64,000 nucleotides of DNA from Nitrospirota bacterium (GCA_002737345.1 NSIK01000004.1:128327-192326), one strand, 5' to 3'; counted from the stretch's first letter, positions 43,176 to 54,350 are shown. The notes: generated by a model not told the origin, from the sequence alone. Numbers and translations: made by a program.

Positions 43176-44567
43176 ATGTTTCGCAAGACGCAACAGATTC
43201 ATCTAGTCGGCATAGGGGGCTCTGGGATGAGTGGCATCGCTGAGGTGCTGCTGACCCTGGGCTATAAAGTGACGGGCTCCGATCTGCAGCCCTCCGATCC
43301 GACGCGGCGATTGGAAGAGCTTGGCGGCCGTATCTTTTTCGGCCATCAGGAATCGAATGTGGGAGAGGCGCAAGTGGTGGTGATCTCCTCCGCCGTGTCG
43401 GCCCAGAACCCCGAGGTGATGGCGGCGAAGGCTAAACAGATTCCCGTGATTCCGCGGGCCGAGATGCTGGCGGAGCTGATGCGGTTGAAATTCGGCGTCG
43501 CTATTGCCGGTGCCCACGGGAAGACCACGACGACGTCGATGGTGGCTAATGTGCTAGCGCAGGGGGGCTTGGATCCCACCATGGTGATCGGGGGCAAGGT
43601 GAATGCGCTGGGAAGTCACGCTCGCCTTGGCCGGGGTGATCTCCTCGTGGCGGAAGCGGACGAGAGCGACGGGTCGTTCCTCCGTTTGTCTCCGACCATC
43701 GCCGCCGTGACGAACCTCGACCGGGAACATCTTGAGCATTACGGGAGTATGGAGCGCATCAACGAATGTTTCCTCGAATTCATCAATAAGGTGCCTTTCT
43801 ATGGATTGTCCGTGTTGTGCGCGGATGACGACAGGCTGAGGGCGTTGTTTCCGAAGATCGTGAAACGCTATCAGACTTATGGGATTAGTGAGCCAGATGG
43901 AGTCAGGCCGGATTTCTTTGCGACGGACATCAGCTTGAACCAATGGGGCGCCGAGTTCCGTGCGCAGTTCCGCGGCCGCAATCTGGGACCCTTCCGCCTG
44001 GCGATGCCGGGCCGACACAATGTTTCCAATGCGCTCGTGGCGATTGCGATCGGGGTCGAGTTGGATGTGCCGGTGGACCTGATTCGAAAGGCGCTGGCGG
44101 CCTACACAGGAGTGGAGCGGCGCTTCCATTTGCGAGGAGAAGTCAACGGGATCATGGTCGTGGACGACTACGGGCACCATCCGACAGAGATTAAGGCGGT
44201 CCTGTCCGCCGCGAAAGAAGGCTGGGGGGGCCGGCGGTTGGTGGTGGTGTTCCAGCCCCATCGCTATACCAGGACGTGCGATCTGCTGGAGGATTTTGCC
44301 AAGGCCTTCGCGCAATCGGACGTGCTGTTTCTGACGGAAATTTATGCGGCAGGTGAGCAGCCGATTCCCGGAGTGTCCGGAGCCAAGCTAGCCGAGATCG
44401 TTCGCGCGGCAGGCCATCCCTCTGTGACCTTTGTGGAACAGAAAGATCAGCTGGTGGAGCAGGTCTTGCCCCATCTGAAATCCGGGGATCTCGTGATTAC
44501 TTTGGGGGCGGGGGATATCTGGAAGACGGGGCCAGGACTCTTGGCCCGTTTGACCCCTCCCGCATGA
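43176..44567 (+). CDS. murC: UDP-N-acetylmuramate--L-alanine ligase
   Basis: HLVGIGGSGMSGIAEVL and AGAHGKTTTT motifs; start at ATG 43176. Confidence 0.92.
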   Translation: MFRKTQQIHLVGIGGSGMSGIAEVLLTLGYKVTGSDLQPSDPTRRLEELGGRIFFGHQESNVGEAQVVVISSAVSAQNPEVMAAKAKQIPVIPRAEMLAELMRLKFGVAIAGAHGKTTTTSMVANVLAQGGLDPTMVIGGKVNALGSHARLGRGDLLVAEADESDGSFLRLSPTIAAVTNLDREHLEHYGSMERINECFLEFINKVPFYGLSVLCADDDRLRALFPKIVKRYQTYGISEPDGVRPDFFATDISLNQWGAEFRAQFRGRNLGPFRLAMPGRHNVSNALVAIAIGVELDVPVDLIRKALAAYTGVERRFHLRGEVNGIMVVDDYGHHPTEIKAVLSAAKEGWGGRRLVVVFQPHRYTRTCDLLEDFAKAFAQSDVLFLTEIYAAGEQPIPGVSGAKLAEIVRAAGHPSVTFVEQKDQLVEQVLPHLKSGDLVITLGAGDIWKTGPGLLARLTPPA

Positions 44568-44571
44568 TGCC

Positions 44572-45522
44572 ATGACAAGAGGTGGGACACGTACCACGAC
44601 AGCAGCGAGACAGTCTCCGCGATTCACGCAGGCGGATGTGCGGGCCGCTGTAGCAGGTCTCCGAGGCCCTGTGTTCTTCCAGGCTCCGTTGCGAGAGTAC
44701 ACCTCATTCAAGATCGGAGGGCCTGCAGATGTGGTGGTGGAACCGATTGATATTGAGGATGTCTGTCTGGTGGTCCAGCAGGCGCGCGCACGTAAGGTCC
44801 CTCTGTTCGTCGTGGGCGGAACGAATCTGCTCATCCGGGACGGGGGCATCCGCGGCATCGTGGTCAGCCTGGTGCGGCTGCGGGCCATCAAGGAAGAGCC
44901 GGGCCACGTTCTTTATGCCGAAGGGGGAGTGGGGATGCCGACGTTGATCGGCTACGCCATCAAACATTCCCTTGCGGGGTTGGAATGGGCGGCGGGCATT
45001 CCCGGCACAGTGGCCGGTTGTGTGGTGATGAATGCTGGCACGAAGCTCGGGGAAATGAAGGATGGGGTCAAGGCGGTTCGCATGGTGAATCTGAAAGGCC
45101 AGATCGTGCACCTGGAGGCGGGCCAGATTCTCTTCGAGTATCGTCGGGCACGGTTGCCGCGCGGCATCGTCGTGGGGGTTTGGCTTCAATCGAAGCAGGG
45201 TGTCCGGTCGGAAATTGAAAAAGTGGTTAAGGACTACCTTCATTATCGGCGGGATACGCAGCCGCTCGCGATGCCAAGCGCCGGCTGTGTGTTCAAAAAT
45301 CCTCCGAACGATTCTGCCGGCCGATTGATCGAGACTGTGGGCCTCAAGGGCGCTCGCGTGGGCGATGCGGAAGTGTCGACGAAGCATGCCAACTTTATGG
45401 TGAACCGGGGGCAGGCGCGCGCCGCGGACGTGATCGCCTTGATCGGAAAGGTCCGCAGCGCCATTCGCCGGCGTGCCGGCGTGCGATTGGATCTTGAACT
45501 GAAAATCGTAGGTGAGGCGTAG
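44572..45522 (+). CDS. murB: UDP-N-acetylenolpyruvoylglucosamine reductase
   Basis: FAD-binding YTSFKIGGPAD; catalytic region GCVFKNP. Confidence 0.9.
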   Translation: MTRGGTRTTTAARQSPRFTQADVRAAVAGLRGPVFFQAPLREYTSFKIGGPADVVVEPIDIEDVCLVVQQARARKVPLFVVGGTNLLIRDGGIRGIVVSLVRLRAIKEEPGHVLYAEGGVGMPTLIGYAIKHSLAGLEWAAGIPGTVAGCVVMNAGTKLGEMKDGVKAVRMVNLKGQIVHLEAGQILFEYRRARLPRGIVVGVWLQSKQGVRSEIEKVVKDYLHYRRDTQPLAMPSAGCVFKNPPNDSAGRLIETVGLKGARVGDAEVSTKHANFMVNRGQARAADVIALIGKVRSAIRRRAGVRLDLELKIVGEA

Positions 45523-45526
45523 TGCC

Positions 45527-46528
45527 ATGAGCGATCTTCGTTCGACAGAGCGACCCGTGTTGACCCGTGCCCGCATCGGAGTGTTGATGGGCGGGCAATC
45601 GGCGGAGCGTGAAGTCTCGCTCCGGACCGGCGCCGCAGTCTATCGGTCGCTGGTGCGCCGCGGTTACGATGCGGTGGCCATCGATGTCGGTCCGACGCTC
45701 TTTCAGGATTTGTGCGAACAGAAGATTGCAGTGGCCTTTCTCTCCTTGCATGGACCGGGCGGAGAAGATGGTGCGATTCAAGGATTCCTGGAAACGTTGG
45801 GCATCCCCTACACCGGCTCCAGCGTCCACGCCAGCGCGATCGGCATGCATAAAGTGACGACGAAAACGCTCCTGGCTGTCGCGCATATTCCTGTGCCGGC
45901 CGGCACGGTCGTGAAGCGAGGGGAGAAGGTGGCTAGCGCCAGTTTGCTACGGAAGGCCAAGTTGCGCTGGCCCGTGGTGGTGAAGCCGGCCTCGCAAGGG
46001 TCCACGATCGGGGTCACGATTGTGCGGAAGCCGTCGCAATGGCGCGGGGCGCTGGCCTTGGCCCATCGGTACGATACGGATGCGCTGGTCGAAGCTTATA
46101 TTCCAGGCCATGAGGTCACGGTCTCGATCATCGGACGGCGGGATGCGGCTCCCTTGGTGCTGCCGGCTGTGGAGATCGTGGCGCCGGGCGGGTTCTACGA
46201 TTTTGCGGCAAAGTATGAGAAGGGGAAAACCCAATATCTCTGTCCCGCGCCCTTGTCCGCGGCTGTGACCAAGCAAATTCGGACGTTGGCCTTGCGCACC
46301 TATGAGGTGCTGGGCTGTGAAGGGGCGGCCCGGGTCGACTTCCGTATCACGCCGCGCGGTCGTCCGTTCGTCTTGGAGATCAATACGGCGCCGGGCATGA
46401 CGGAGACGAGTCTGCTGCCGATGGCGGCGGCGAAGGCCACGATTGAGTACGACGAACTGACCGAATGGATTCTGGAGTCGGCGCTTGCGCGTTTGGACCG
46501 TTCGTCGGGGGAAGGAGCCACGTTATGA
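45527..46528 (+). CDS. ddl: D-alanine--D-alanine ligase
   Basis: ATP-grasp Ddl pattern (VLMGGQSAEREVSL, HGPGGEDGAIQG, EINTAPGMT). Confidence 0.92.
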   Translation: MSDLRSTERPVLTRARIGVLMGGQSAEREVSLRTGAAVYRSLVRRGYDAVAIDVGPTLFQDLCEQKIAVAFLSLHGPGGEDGAIQGFLETLGIPYTGSSVHASAIGMHKVTTKTLLAVAHIPVPAGTVVKRGEKVASASLLRKAKLRWPVVVKPASQGSTIGVTIVRKPSQWRGALALAHRYDTDALVEAYIPGHEVTVSIIGRRDAAPLVLPAVEIVAPGGFYDFAAKYEKGKTQYLCPAPLSAAVTKQIRTLALRTYEVLGCEGAARVDFRITPRGRPFVLEINTAPGMTETSLLPMAAAKATIEYDELTEWILESALARLDRSSGEGATL

Positions 46529-47394
46529 AGCTGTTCATGCGGAAGCGGTCGGCGCGCAACGCTGGCCCGCGGCTGAATCAATGGAAGGGCGCGCGCGCCA
46601 GTCAAGCCTCCGATCAACGGCAACAGGCGCGTTGGGAAAAATTATTCTCGCGGGGTCGCCGGGCGCTGCGGATAGGACAATGGATCATCGGTCTAGCGGC
46701 GCTAACTGGGGGCCTGACCTTTGTGACTAGAGCGATGGGGCCGGTGCTCCAGGAGGGGCTGGAAATCCAGTCGGCCGAGGTGGAGGGGATCCACCATGTG
46801 ACGAAGTCGGAAGTGGAAGAGTTGCTAGCCTTGAAGCCAGGCATGGCGCTCCATCAGGTCAGCGTCACTTTTCTGGCTGAGCGAGTGAGGACGCATGCTT
46901 GGATTAAAGACGCGATGGTCGAACGTAGGCTGCCGCATGTGCTGCATGTGACCATCTTAGAGCGTACGCCGTCCGCGATCCTTCGCACGGGCGTCGATCA
47001 TTGGTTGAGCGATGAAGACGGGCATCTCCTGGCCAAGCTGGGTAGTCAGGATGACCCCACGCTGCCCCTGCTGGTCGGACTGGAGGCGAAGGCTCTGTTG
47101 CTGGGCGATCCGCTGGCCCGTAATGCGGTGCAGTCTGGGGTCGTGCTGGCCAAGCTGATCGCCAATACGATCGAGGGTCGGGTCGAAGTGGATCTCGGGA
47201 ATCCGGCGAATGTGGTGGCATCGACCAACGGGGTGCGCTTCCAGTTCGGCAACGATTCCTTGGTCGGGCAGTGGGAACGGTTCCAGAAAGTGAAGCCATC
47301 GTTCCGAGCTGTGGCACTCGACGGGCGGAAGCGCGCGGCAAGCGAGATTGATTTGCGTTACGACAACCGTGTCATTGTGCGTGAAAGGGGGTGA
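46525..47394 (+). CDS. ftsQ: cell division protein FtsQ
   Basis: Basic N-terminus, single TM, POTRA-like region; ATGA overlap with ddl. Confidence 0.8.
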   Translation: MKLFMRKRSARNAGPRLNQWKGARASQASDQRQQARWEKLFSRGRRALRIGQWIIGLAALTGGLTFVTRAMGPVLQEGLEIQSAEVEGIHHVTKSEVEELLALKPGMALHQVSVTFLAERVRTHAWIKDAMVERRLPHVLHVTILERTPSAILRTGVDHWLSDEDGHLLAKLGSQDDPTLPLLVGLEAKALLLGDPLARNAVQSGVVLAKLIANTIEGRVEVDLGNPANVVASTNGVRFQFGNDSLVGQWERFQKVKPSFRAVALDGRKRAASEIDLRYDNRVIVRERG

Positions 47395-48635
47395 GGGCTG
47401 TGCCGAAGCGTGATCAGATTCTTGTGGGGTTGGATATCGGGACCACGAAGATCTGCGCCATAGTTTCGGAGGTGACCGATGAGGGGACCCTTAACATCAT
47501 CGGGGTCGGAACCAGTCCGTCTCGCGGCCTCCGTAAAGGCGTCGTGGTTGATATCGAGAGTACCGTTGAATCGATCAAGAAAGCGGTCGAGGAAGCGGAA
47601 CTCATGGCGGCGGTTCAGATCAACTCCGTCTATACCGGGATTGCGGGCAGTCACATCTCCGCGGAGAACTGTAAGGGCGTGGTGGCGCTCAAGAAGTCGG
47701 AGGTGACGCGAGAGGATATCCATCGAGCCATCGAGAGCGCGCGGACGCTGGCGGTCATCCCTCACGAACGGCGGATCCTCCATGTCCTGCCGCGCGAATT
47801 CACGGTGGACGGGCAAGAGGGGGTGCGGGAGCCCTTGGGGCTCTCCGGTAACCGCCTTGAGGTCAACGTGCATGTGATTACTGGCGCCGTGACCTCCGCG
47901 CAGAACATCATCAAGTGTGTCAATCGCGCAGGGCTGGATGTCGTGGATATCGTGTTGCAGCCCTTGGCCTCCAGTGAAGCGGTGTTGAGCCTGGAAGAGC
48001 GGGATCTGGGCGTGGTCATGGTCGATCTCGGCGGAGGGACGACCGATCTCGCGATTTTTCTTGATGGGAGCATCAGACATTCCGCAGTGCTGCCGATCGG
48101 CGGGCAGAATTTGACGAAGGACCTGGCGATCGGGTTGCTGACCACGCAGACCGAGGCGGAGAAGATCAAGTTGCAGTACGGGATCGCCAGGACTGAATTG
48201 CTACAGGGCCATGAAACGGTAGAAGTGCCGTCGGTCGGGGACCGTCCCGCCAGGACGTTTTCGCGCCGTGACGTGGCCGAGATTCTTGAGCCACGGGTCG
48301 AAGAAATATTCGAGCTGGTCTGCCGGGAAATCGCGCGCGCTGGCTACGAGGGCATGTTGGGGGCCGGGGTGGTGATTACCGGGGGCACGTCGCTGCTCGA
48401 AGGAATGCCCGATGCGGCAGAGAAGGTCTTGAACCTTCCAGCTCGTCGCGGCGCGCCATCCGGAATCAGCGGCCTGCGCGAGATCGCGAGTAACCCCATG
48501 CACGCTACGGGGGTCGGCCTGCTGCTCCATGCCAGGCATCATACCCAGGAGATGGCTACGGCGGGGCTGCGAGGCAGGCGGCCGTTGCGTAAGGCGTTTG
48601 ATCGTATGAAGTCTTGGATGGTCGAGTTCTTTTAA
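47391..48635 (+). CDS. ftsA: cell division protein FtsA
   Basis: Actin-fold phosphate-1 motif GLDIGTTKICAIV; alternative GTG start at 47400. Confidence 0.92.
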   Translation: MRAVPKRDQILVGLDIGTTKICAIVSEVTDEGTLNIIGVGTSPSRGLRKGVVVDIESTVESIKKAVEEAELMAAVQINSVYTGIAGSHISAENCKGVVALKKSEVTREDIHRAIESARTLAVIPHERRILHVLPREFTVDGQEGVREPLGLSGNRLEVNVHVITGAVTSAQNIIKCVNRAGLDVVDIVLQPLASSEAVLSLEERDLGVVMVDLGGGTTDLAIFLDGSIRHSAVLPIGGQNLTKDLAIGLLTTQTEAEKIKLQYGIARTELLQGHETVEVPSVGDRPARTFSRRDVAEILEPRVEEIFELVCREIARAGYEGMLGAGVVITGGTSLLEGMPDAAEKVLNLPARRGAPSGISGLREIASNPMHATGVGLLLHARHHTQEMATAGLRGRRPLRKAFDRMKSWMVEFF

Positions 48636-48689
48636 CCGTGAGGCGAGACGGCAGGCCGTTCCGTATATTTTATCAAGGGAGGTGCCGCA

Positions 48690-49883
48690 ATGTTTTCATT
48701 CGAAGAGGATACGGTCTCCCCTGTCCGGATTAAAGTGATCGGGGTCGGTGGCGCCGGCTGCAACGCCATCAACACGATGATCATGTCCGGATTGGCGCGG
48801 GTCGATTTGATTGCAGCGAATACCGATCTGCAGGCGTTGGATCGCTCGCGGGCTTCTTATAAGCTTCAACTGGGGCCGGATCGGACCAGGGGGCTCGGGG
48901 CTGGGGCGAAGCCGGAAGTCGGGAAAGACGCCGCGCTGGAAAGCAAGGATCAGATCCGGGAATGTCTCGAAGGCGCTGACATGGTGTTCGTGACGGCTGG
49001 CATGGGCGGCGGGACCGGGACTGGTGCGGCGCCGATCGTAGCGAGCATCGCGCGCGAACTCGGGATCCTGACGGTCGGGGTCGTGACGAAGCCGTTTACC
49101 TACGAAGGCCATCGCCGGATGCTTCATGCGGATGAAGGGATTCAGAATCTCCGTCGCCATGTGGATACCCTGCTCGTGATCCCGAATCAGCGCTTGCTGG
49201 GCATCGTGGATAAATCCATGCCGCTGCTCGAAGCCTTTAAGGTGGTCGATGATGTGCTCCGCCAGGCGATTCAGGGGATCGCGGATGTGATCACGACGCA
49301 CGGCCATGTGAACGTGGACTTTGCCGATGTGCGCACCGTGATGTCCCATACGGGTCGCGCTGTGATGGGCATGGGCGTGGCGCGCGGGACGAACCGGGCG
49401 ACTGAGGCGGCGCAAAAAGCGATCTGCAGTCCCCTGTTGGAGGAAGGCAATGTCGAGGGAGCGCGCGGGGTGCTGCTGAACATCACCGGCGGACCGAACA
49501 TGTCGCTGCACGAGATCGAGGAAGCGGCCATGATCGTCCAGCAGACGGCCGATCCTGAAGCCAACATCATCGTCGGAGCGGTGATCAATCCCGATATGGG
49601 CGACGACCTGGTCGTGACGGTGATTGCCACAGGATTTGAGCGGGAAGAGCTGCCCACGCCGATGCCTGTGATTATACCGAGGACGGCGCGCACCGGGCAG
49701 CAAGTCATGGCCGGGGCCGGTGCCCAGAGGGGAGAGCGAGTCTCTGAGCTGACGAGCAAAGAGTTCGAACGCCCGGCCTACCAGCGGAAGAGCAGCGATT
49801 CGCGGGGATCGATGGAGCGAGTAGCGGTGGTGGCGGATGATGAGTGGGATGTCCCGACATTTTTGCGCAAGCAGGTCGATTAA
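48690..49883 (+). CDS. ftsZ: cell division protein FtsZ
   Basis: Tubulin signature [13 protein letters not shown]; [11 protein letters not shown]. Confidence 0.97.
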   Translation: MFSFEEDTVSPVRIKVIGVGGAGCNAINTMIMSGLARVDLIAANTDLQALDRSRASYKLQLGPDRTRGLGAGAKPEVGKDAALESKDQIRECLEGADMVFVTAGMGGGTGTGAAPIVASIARELGILTVGVVTKPFTYEGHRRMLHADEGIQNLRRHVDTLLVIPNQRLLGIVDKSMPLLEAFKVVDDVLRQAIQGIADVITTHGHVNVDFADVRTVMSHTGRAVMGMGVARGTNRATEAAQKAICSPLLEEGNVEGARGVLLNITGGPNMSLHEIEEAAMIVQQTADPEANIIVGAVINPDMGDDLVVTVIATGFEREELPTPMPVIIPRTARTGQQVMAGAGAQRGERVSELTSKEFERPAYQRKSSDSRGSMERVAVVADDEWDVPTFLRKQVD

Positions 49884-49921
49884 GTCGCCGGTTTCCCCAG
49901 GGTGAGTCTTGTGAGCAGAGT

Positions 49922-50662
49922 ATGGCCATGAGCGCAGCGGTTATTACGGTTCCTGCCTTTGCGTCCGCCCGTGACGGCGTCAGGCATTTTTTCGGCACGC
50001 GCCGCCATGCGGACTTGCTGGCCCTTGCAGTCGGAGTGCCTGCCCACCAGTCCGGGGCGCATGGGCGTGGCTGGCTGTTGTCCGTCAAGCAGGTGCATGG
50101 GACTGATGCCCTGGTGGTAGATCGGCCTCTGACCGATTCGGATCAGTTTCCCGGCGGGTGGGATGCGTTGGTGACCGACCAGCCAGGCGTAACGGTGGCG
50201 GTGCGCACGGCCGATTGCGTCCCAGTGCTTGTGCATGACCCGCGCCGGCGTGTGGTGGCGGCGATTCATGCAGGCTGGCGTGGCGCGGTCGCTGGAATTG
50301 TTCCGAAGACGATCGCGCTGATGGCGGCTCGGTTCGGCTCGACGAGCTCGGATCTTCGCATCAGTATTGGTCCCTCCGCTGGTCCCTGTTGTTATGAAGT
50401 GGATGAGCCGGTGCTGGAGCAGCTGCGAGCGGGATTGCCTGAGTGGGAGTCGGTGTTGCGGGACTATCAGGGGCATCAGGCGAGGTTGGATCTCAAGGCT
50501 TTGATCCGCCGGCAAGTGGAAGAAGAGGGCGTCTCTGCCCCCTCGGTCTCGTCAGTGAATCTCTGCACGATCTGCCACGGGGAGCTCTTCTATTCCTATC
50601 GGCGGGAAGGTGCGGTGAAGGGGACGATGGTTAGCGGCATTACGCTGGTCTCCGGCAAATAG
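49922..50662 (+). CDS. pgeF: peptidoglycan editing factor PgeF (YfiH/DUF152)
   Basis: QVHG, TADCVPV and HAGWRG motifs; start at ATG 49922. Confidence 0.85.
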   Translation: MAMSAAVITVPAFASARDGVRHFFGTRRHADLLALAVGVPAHQSGAHGRGWLLSVKQVHGTDALVVDRPLTDSDQFPGGWDALVTDQPGVTVAVRTADCVPVLVHDPRRRVVAAIHAGWRGAVAGIVPKTIALMAARFGSTSSDLRISIGPSAGPCCYEVDEPVLEQLRAGLPEWESVLRDYQGHQARLDLKALIRRQVEEEGVSAPSVSSVNLCTICHGELFYSYRREGAVKGTMVSGITLVSGK

Positions 50663-50760
50663 CTGTCAGCCCATTGACGCTGACATTTGGCGGGCGGTTT
50701 CGGTAGAATGCCCGAGGACTTTTTACGAAATATGAATTTAGCTGTGGCTGGTCAGATGCA

Positions 50761-51471
50761 ATGGATTTACGGGCGGGCGGTTCAATCAGCGAGAATGTTC
50801 GAGACCTGCTCGAGCAGATTTGGCATGCGACGGAGCGATCCGGGGGGGCCAAAGGGAGCGTGCGCCTCGTTGCCGCCACGAAATCGGTGGGGGTGGAACA
50901 GATTCGCGAGGGTATCGCGGCGGGATTGACGATCCTCGGTGAGAACCGCCTCCAGGAGGCGCTTCCCAAAATCGAGGCGTTGAAGGGACTGCCGATCCAG
51001 TGGCACTTTATCGGTCATTTGCAGCGGCGCAAGGCCCGGTCGGTCGTGGGGGTCTTCGACTTGATCCATTCGGTTGATAGCCTCGAATTGGCGGAGGAGA
51101 TCGACAAGCGGGCGCAAGACGCAGGGATCAGGCAAGCGGTGTTGCTGGAAGTGAACCTTGAAGGGGAGCCGACGAAGTCTGGCTTTCAGCCAGACGACCT
51201 TGAGCGTCTGTTGCCGCAAGTGGGCGCTCTGTCCCACATAGAAGTGCGGGGGCTCATGGCGATTCCTCCTCCGGCCAGCGAGCCGGAACAGGCCCGTCCT
51301 TTCTTTCGTCGTCTGCGGGAGTTGGCCGAGCGCCTTTCGCGCCAAGGGATCAGCAGGGTCTCCTTGAAGGAACTGTCGATGGGTATGTCGAGCGATTATC
51401 CCGTGGCAGTCGAAGAGGGAGCGACGATGGTTCGGGTCGGTACGGCGATATTTGGAGCAAGGCATGTCTAA
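50761..51471 (+). CDS. yggS: YggS family pyridoxal-phosphate homeostasis protein
   Basis: PLP-Lys context LVAATK; HFIGHLQ..K motif. Confidence 0.88.
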   Translation: MDLRAGGSISENVRDLLEQIWHATERSGGAKGSVRLVAATKSVGVEQIREGIAAGLTILGENRLQEALPKIEALKGLPIQWHFIGHLQRRKARSVVGVFDLIHSVDSLELAEEIDKRAQDAGIRQAVLLEVNLEGEPTKSGFQPDDLERLLPQVGALSHIEVRGLMAIPPPASEPEQARPFFRRLRELAERLSRQGISRVSLKELSMGMSSDYPVAVEEGATMVRVGTAIFGARHV

Positions 51472-52288
51472 TCCAACGATCACCAACAAGATTGCATTTA
51501 TCGGGGGAGGCCAGATGGCCGAGGCCTTGATCGGCGGTCTGCTTGCGGGCCGGCTTTGTCCTGCCGAGTCGATCTGGGTGACTGATCCCGTTGCTGCGCG
51601 CGGCGATCACTTGAAAAGCCAGTTCGGTGTTCGGGTCGGCTCCGCCAACCGTGAGGCGATCGCCTGGGCCAATGTGGTGGTCTTGGCAGTGAAGCCCCAG
51701 ACGCTTCCTGCCGTGCTCAGCGAGGTTGGTCCGGCCCTGGCCCAGTCCCAGTCCCTGGTGGTTTCGATTGTGGCGGGCGTGACGATCAAGACCATTGCGG
51801 AACAGATGGGCGGAGCGATGAGGGTCGTGCGGGCCATGCCGAATACTCCGGCCTTGGTTCGGGAGGGGATGACCGCCCTGGCCTTGGGCAGCGGGGTCTC
51901 TGAAGAGGACAGTCGATTGGCTCGGACGGTCTTCGAAGCGGTCGGGCGGGTGGTGCTGGTCGAAGAACGATTGATGGATGCCGTGACCGGATTGAGCGGC
52001 AGCGGCCCGGCCTATGTGTTTCTTGCCATTGAGGCCCTGGCTGACGGGGGGGTGCAGATGGGGCTCCCGCGGCAGACGGCCGAACTGCTGGCCGCCCAGA
52101 CGGTGCTCGGCGCGGCCCAGTTGGTGCTAGAGTCAGGGGTCCATCCCGCGCAGCTCAAAGACCGGGTGGCCTCGCCGGGAGGCACCACGATTGCCGGGCT
52201 CTATCAACTTGAACAGGGAAGCTTCCGGGCGACATTGATGGCGGCCGTCGAAGCGGCGACGATGCGATCGAAGGAGCTGGGCCGCTGA
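51464..52288 (+). CDS. proC: pyrroline-5-carboxylate reductase
   Basis: IAFIGGGQMAEAL Rossmann motif; SPGGTTIAG C-terminal motif. Confidence 0.9.
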   Translation: MSNPTITNKIAFIGGGQMAEALIGGLLAGRLCPAESIWVTDPVAARGDHLKSQFGVRVGSANREAIAWANVVVLAVKPQTLPAVLSEVGPALAQSQSLVVSIVAGVTIKTIAEQMGGAMRVVRAMPNTPALVREGMTALALGSGVSEEDSRLARTVFEAVGRVVLVEERLMDAVTGLSGSGPAYVFLAIEALADGGVQMGLPRQTAELLAAQTVLGAAQLVLESGVHPAQLKDRVASPGGTTIAGLYQLEQGSFRATLMAAVEAATMRSKELGR

Positions 52289-52584
52289 TGTTTGTTGCAG
52301 GGAATGTGATTGCGGCGATTGCGACGATTCTCGATTATGTGTTGTGGCTCTATATGTGGGTGATTATCGCGCGGGCACTGATCTCCTGGGTGAATCCTGA
52401 TCCCTGGAATCCCATCGTGCAATTTCTCGATCACGCGACCGAGCCGGTCTTGGCGCCGATTCGTGGCTGGGTCGGCTGGCGCATGGGAATCGATTTGTCG
52501 CCGATCATCGTGATTCTGATCATTACGTTTTTACAGATCGCAGTCGTGCAATCACTCAAGGAATTGGCCCTGAGGATGAACTGA
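52288..52584 (+). CDS. yggT: YggT family membrane protein
   Basis: 98 aa, two TM helices, ARALISWVNPDP motif. Confidence 0.85.
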   Translation: MFVAGNVIAAIATILDYVLWLYMWVIIARALISWVNPDPWNPIVQFLDHATEPVLAPIRGWVGWRMGIDLSPIIVILIITFLQIAVVQSLKELALRMN

Positions 52585-52585
52585 G

Positions 52586-53116
52586 ATGACCAGGGAGGAT
52601 GCCATGAGAATTACACCCCTCGATATTCAGCAAATGGTATTCAGGGTCGGCTTTCGCGGGTATGACAAGGACGAAGTCAATCGCTTCCTTGAAGAGCTCG
52701 CACAAACGGTCGAATCGTTGACCCTGGACTCCACGCTCCAGCGCGAACGGATCCTGTCGCTGGAGCAACAGCTGGCCGAGCTGAAGCGGACAGAATCGAC
52801 TCTGTCGAGCACCCTTCTGTCGGTGCAGACGCTGGCGGAGGATTTGAAGCGGAATGCGCAGCGCGAGGCGGACCTGGTCGTCAAGGAGGCCGAGCTGAAG
52901 GCCGGCGAACTGATCCGTCAGGCCAGGGTCGATTTGACCGATACGCAACGGGATCTGTCAGCGCTCCAGAAACAGCGGTTGCTCATGGTCGAACGGTTGC
53001 GCGCGTCGCTGCGAATGTTCGAACGGATGTTGGAAGTGGAAGAGCAGGAAGCGTTTCATGACGCCGCGACCGCATCGGAGAACAAGCTGGCGGGCGACTC
53101 ACGACCGGCTTTGTGA
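52586..53116 (+). CDS. divIVA: DivIVA domain protein
   Basis: ITPLDIQQMVFRVGFRGYDKDEVNRFLEEL followed by a coiled coil; alternative start at 52604. Confidence 0.85.
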   Translation: MTREDAMRITPLDIQQMVFRVGFRGYDKDEVNRFLEELAQTVESLTLDSTLQRERILSLEQQLAELKRTESTLSSTLLSVQTLAEDLKRNAQREADLVVKEAELKAGELIRQARVDLTDTQRDLSALQKQRLLMVERLRASLRMFERMLEVEEQEAFHDAATASENKLAGDSRPAL

Positions 53117-53213
53117 TGGGTTCGGCCTGGCCGTTCCCCCTTCGCTGATGCCTGTCCATCTGTGCTTCGAGCCGCCCGCCGCCAGCAAATTTTCCCACCG
53201 ATAACTGGTTGTC

Positions 53214-54350
53214 GTGCCTATGGCTACTCCACAACATATTGCAGTGGCCTTGCAATCGGCCGTTGATGAAGGGGTCTTTCCCGGCGCCCAATTGGCGGTG
53301 CGTCTGCGCGGGGAGCTGCAATGCCTGTTGGTGGCAGGCCGGTTGTCGTCGCAGCCTCCCGGCCCTCCCGTGCAAGTGTCCACGATCTATGACTTGGCCT
53401 CTCTGACAAAGCCGCTGGTGACGGTCACTTCGCTCTTGCTCCTGACTCAGCGCGGAAAGATTTCGCTCGACGATTCCCTGCAACAGACCTTTGCAGAGTT
53501 GGAAGGGACGCCGATCGGGCAGGCGACAGTGCGAGATCTTTTGGCCCATCGCTCGGGCTTGCCGGGCTGGCGGCCTTTGTATGAGAGGCTTGCAGCGCGA
53601 GGTCTGCTCCCTGGAGGGGCCGGCGGCGATCAGCCCACCAAGTCGGCAATGTTGGAACTGATTCGTGACGAGCCGTTGATCTATGAACGGCGCGAGCGAA
53701 GCCTCTACAGCGATCTTGGATTTATTCTCCTGGGATTGCTAGTGGAGCGTCTGAGTGGCATGGCCTTGGACCGCTGGTTTGCAGAAGCGATCGCAAGACC
53801 GATGGGGGCTGACCCATTGTTATTTTGTCCCGTAACAGGGAATGGTCAATCTTCTATTGATGTGGCAAGGATTGCTCCGACTGAATGGGACGAGAGGCGC
53901 CAGCGGTTATTGCGCGGCGAGGTGCATGACGAAAATGCCGGGGCGATGGCCGGGGTTGTGGGCCATGCAGGTCTGTTCGGGACCGTCGAGTCTGTGCTGG
54001 CCGTGTCAGGGGCCTGGCTCAACGCGTATCACGGGAAAGAGTCGATGTTGGATGGCGCGTTGGTCAGGCAGTTTACGATGCGCCAGGAATCGGCCTTCCA
54101 ATCCAGTTGGGCCTTGGGATGGGATACTCCGTCTGCTCCCTCTTCTGCCGGGTCCTGTTTTTCTGAACAGTCGTTCGGGCATCTCGGCTATACGGGAACA
54201 TCTTTGTGGGTCGACCCACTGTGCGAATTGGAAGTAGTGCTGCTCTCCAACCGGGTACATCCCAGCCGGAAGAACGAGAAGATTAAGATCTTCCGCCCAC
54301 TCATTCACGATCTTGTGTATCGAAAGTTTGTGGCAAGGGCAGAACGTTGA
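53214..54350 (+). CDS. serine hydrolase, beta-lactamase (class C/AmpH-like) family
   Basis: SxxK motif SLTK; YSD (YxN-like); HLGYTGTS (KTG-like). Confidence 0.8.
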   Translation: MPMATPQHIAVALQSAVDEGVFPGAQLAVRLRGELQCLLVAGRLSSQPPGPPVQVSTIYDLASLTKPLVTVTSLLLLTQRGKISLDDSLQQTFAELEGTPIGQATVRDLLAHRSGLPGWRPLYERLAARGLLPGGAGGDQPTKSAMLELIRDEPLIYERRERSLYSDLGFILLGLLVERLSGMALDRWFAEAIARPMGADPLLFCPVTGNGQSSIDVARIAPTEWDERRQRLLRGEVHDENAGAMAGVVGHAGLFGTVESVLAVSGAWLNAYHGKESMLDGALVRQFTMRQESAFQSSWALGWDTPSAPSSAGSCFSEQSFGHLGYTGTSLWVDPLCELEVVLLSNRVHPSRKNEKIKIFRPLIHDLVYRKFVARAER